Origin: Squalus acanthias
Lineage: Eukaryota
NCBI GenBank assembly: GCA_030390025.1
Contig: CM059431.1
Coordinates: 101,496,001 to 101,560,000 of the forward strand
DNA length: 64,000 nucleotides
Reading direction: 5' to 3'
Positions 61,290-64,000 of the stretch are shown here, one piece after another (position 1 is the first letter of the stretch; the number at the start of each line of letters is the position of its first letter). Made by a program: the position numbers and the translations under genes. A model generated the notes under the pieces. It saw only the letters and a list, made by a program, of their open reading frames with translations, was not told the DNA's origin and did no database searches.

Positions 61290-61620
61290 AGGACTGGCCT
61301 GGAGTCTCCAGGAATTTGAAGATTAATCTCCAGGACACTGCCGCCAGCAAGCCTGGGAGAAATAGCATAGGGACGTTAAAATAAAAAAACAAATACCTTT
61401 TTCTTTGGACGCTTTTAATTATTAATTCTAAAAAAAATCTTGGAGGTGGGTCGAAAGGCTGTTGGGATGATTCTTAACCGTTGGTCAGTCAGGTAACCAA
61501 GAGCGAGGACGGGCGTGTCGGGCGACCGATGGTGGGAGCGTGGGGGCGGGGCGATTGGAGGCGAGAGATCGCAGGATGAAACTGCCAGGGATCCGGCCAA
61601 CCAGAGTTGGCCACTCGAGG
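61290..61620 (-). mobile_element. hAT (Blackjack-like) element, degraded third copy
   Basis: ctccaggaatttgaagattaatctccagg...ccaaccagagttggccac is the reverse complement of the 24621 family. Confidence 0.55.
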
Positions 61621-62085
61621 CCCGTGACCTCCTGGGGAAATTATTTTTTTTTAAACCAAACAAGTTGGAATTAAAAGTCAGTTGAAACCGTTCAAAAGCA
61701 CTTCATTGGCTGTACAGCGCTTTGAGACGTCCGGTGGTCGTGAAAGGCGCTTTAGAAATGCAAGTCTGTCTTTTCTTTTACAACTTCAGATGAAATTCGC
61801 TGTAGTAGTGTTTTAAAAATGAATTCAGTTGTGCAATTCATCACTTGTCAGAATGATTTGCAGTTTTTAATAATGAACCGTAGGTTGTAGTTCAGCTCCA
61901 GAATTAGCAGTTGTAATAATTGCAACTCTGCACTAAATTAAGAAAATGTGTGCTGGGATGGACTGGAAATAATCCTCCTTATTTTAGATTATACAATTAT
62001 GCCAGGATTCTATAGGGTAATGAGCACATCTTGTACTATAATCACGCATGTAGGTGACATTGTTAATTTTCTTCATGATGTTGTT

Positions 62086-62522
62086 TGTAACGATCAGGAA
62101 AGATTGAACAGGCGGGGGCTCTTTTCTCTGGAAAAGAGAAGGCTGAGGGGTGACCTGATAGAGGGTCTTTAAAATTACGAAGGGGTTCGATAGGGTAGAC
62201 GTAGAGAAGATGTTTCCACTTGTGGGGGAGACCAGAACTAGGGGCCATCAATATAAGATAGTCACTAATAGATCCAACAGGGAATTCAGGAGAAACTTCT
62301 TTACCCAGAGAGTGGTGAGAATGTGGAGCTCGCTCCCACAGGGAGTGGTTGAGGCGAACAGCATAGATAGATTTAAGGGGAAGCTGGATAAACACACGAG
62401 GGGGGAAAGGAATCGAAGGATCTGCTGGTTGGGTGAGATGGAGTAGGGTTCGAGGAGGCTCCTGTGGAGTATAAACACTGGCATGGGCTGAATGGCCTGT
62501 TTCTGTGCTGTACGTTCTATGT
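62086..62522 (+). mobile_element. CR1 3' fragment
   Basis: CNDQERLNRRGLFSLEKRRLRGDLIE. Confidence 0.85.
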
Positions 62523-63497
62523 GGCATTCCTGAGCAACTGTAAGTGTTATCTTTTATCTTATTATTGGCTTGGTGCCCAGCCAACCTGCGTAGGACAGCA
62601 ATGCAGTTTCCCAATCGCGGAATCTGTGCAGGTATTCTGCACGGCAGTTTAAACAACCGCACAAGCTGAGAGGGGAGAACTGCTTATTGAAATGCCTCTA
62701 CCTGCACAGATGGCACGTACCTCAACCAGCTGTGTGTGGGAGCTTGCTGTGCACAAATTGGCTGCCACGTTTCCTACATTACAACAGTGACTACACTTGG
62801 GGGGTGGGGGGAAAGTGCTTCATTGGCTGTAAAGCGCTTTGGGACGTCCTGAGGTGGTGAAAGGCGCTATATAAATGCAAGTTTTTTCTTTGATTGACTC
62901 AAGTCACCGGTCCCTGTGATGGGTGAGTTTGCTGCAGGATGAAGCCTTTCCCACCCATCCAGTTTAGGTAATAACAGTTCATGTGCGGTCCAATGTTTAC
63001 CCAACTGATTAAATGTTATACAGGACTCCTCAGAATAACCCTGTAGGCAAGATTATTTTTAAATATATGTTAGAATGTCCTTGAATGAACTAGAGGTTCC
63101 CTTTGTGGGGCTTGCTCTACTTATCCACCAGTTTCAATAATGTTTTATTGGTATGTTGAAAAAAAAATTCTCTGCCTTTTTATATCCCTCCATGGCCCTA
63201 TCTCTGTAACCTCCTCCAGCCCTACAACCCTCCGAGATCTCTGCGCTCCTCCAATTCTGGCCTCTTGCGCATCCCCCGATTTTCATCGCTCCACCATTGG
63301 AGCATATAATCCAGGCTGACCCTCCCAGTGCAGTACTGAGGGAGTGCTGCACTGTCGGAGGAGCCGTCTTTCGGATGAGACATTAAACCGAGGCCCCGTG
63401 AAAGATGCTGCAGAAATGCGAGTCTTCAGGACAGAAGCTGAGAGAAACAGGTTTTAAAAAGTTGAACATATTAATCGGTATAATTATAAAAGACATT

Positions 63498-64000
63498 GGG
63501 CCAACATTTGCGATCGAAGACTTCCTGCGGGGTGGACGACGCCGAACTGCAAAATGTCTACGAATTTATCTGGTGACCCGGGAGGAATGGCGGCTTGTGA
63601 TCCTGGGCCTCTCCGGGTCCGCACGGACTGAGCCCCGGGTATCCCAGGGGCGCAGGCGGTTCGTAGGCGCTCCTGGGATCACGTGGGCCGGCCCAACCAA
63701 TGGAAGAAGGGAAAATCCCCATTCAACCTTTTGACAGGTCCGTACCGACAGAACTGTCTAAAGTATGAATGGGGATCACCTAAAAAAAAAATACACCAAC
63801 ACATGAAATAAAAAAATTTTAAATTACATATTTGAAATTAATTAAACTGCCATTTAATTAAATATTTTAAACAAAAATGTAATCTTTTGAAAAAAAAATT
63901 AAATGCTTTTATGGGGCTAAAAATAAACTTACCTTTTTTGAAGTGTTTTTAATTTATAAACGAGTTATCAAATTTAATTTTTCTATTTTTTAAAACTCTT
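63498..64000. mobile_element. Second copy of the unclassified 37148-37871 element (runs off the window)
   Basis: Shares atcccaggggcgcaggcggttcg...tcacgtggg..ggcccaaccaat and the AT-rich core. Confidence 0.55.

Larger units (their letters stand above)
27789..64000 (+). other. Probable intron 1 of the DOCK-D gene (>36 kb, continues beyond the window)
   Basis: Canonical donor; no EPLDYENV-type exon 2 was seen downstream by eye. Confidence 0.6.

Overview
This is vertebrate, non-microbial DNA, almost certainly from a cartilaginous fish (shark or ray). The evidence is an HE1-type V-SINE, abundant SacSINE1-type Deu-domain SINEs, CR1/L2 LINEs and CpG-decay stop codons. Most of the window is 5'-truncated, often nested retroelements: CR1, L2, a second CR1-superfamily LINE, one Tx1-like LINE, Penelope-like elements (PLEs) and three tRNA-derived SINE families, plus several MITEs. 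The only host coding sequence I recognise is the first coding exon of a DOCK-D (Zizimin) gene, most similar to DOCK9 (27684-27788, +, GTGAGT donor). I found no exon 2, so everything downstream is probably intron 1. Almost all other listed ORFs are retroelement fragments, their antisense shadows or low-complexity artefacts. The most notable signals are: (1) seven minimal hammerhead-ribozyme motifs of two families in PLE termini, including an inverted element with one hammerhead per strand and a perfect 14-bp TSD; (2) a 33-bp VNTR inside the Deu-SINE with 1-9 copies; (3) a 51/53-bp minisatellite derived from CR1 coding sequence; (4) a locally templated insertion; (5) three SINE-LINE tail-sharing pairs; (6) candidate uORFs at the DOCK start. 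There is no CRISPR array or prokaryotic system. Family names come from my recollection of consensus sequences, not a database search, and repeat boundaries are approximate.
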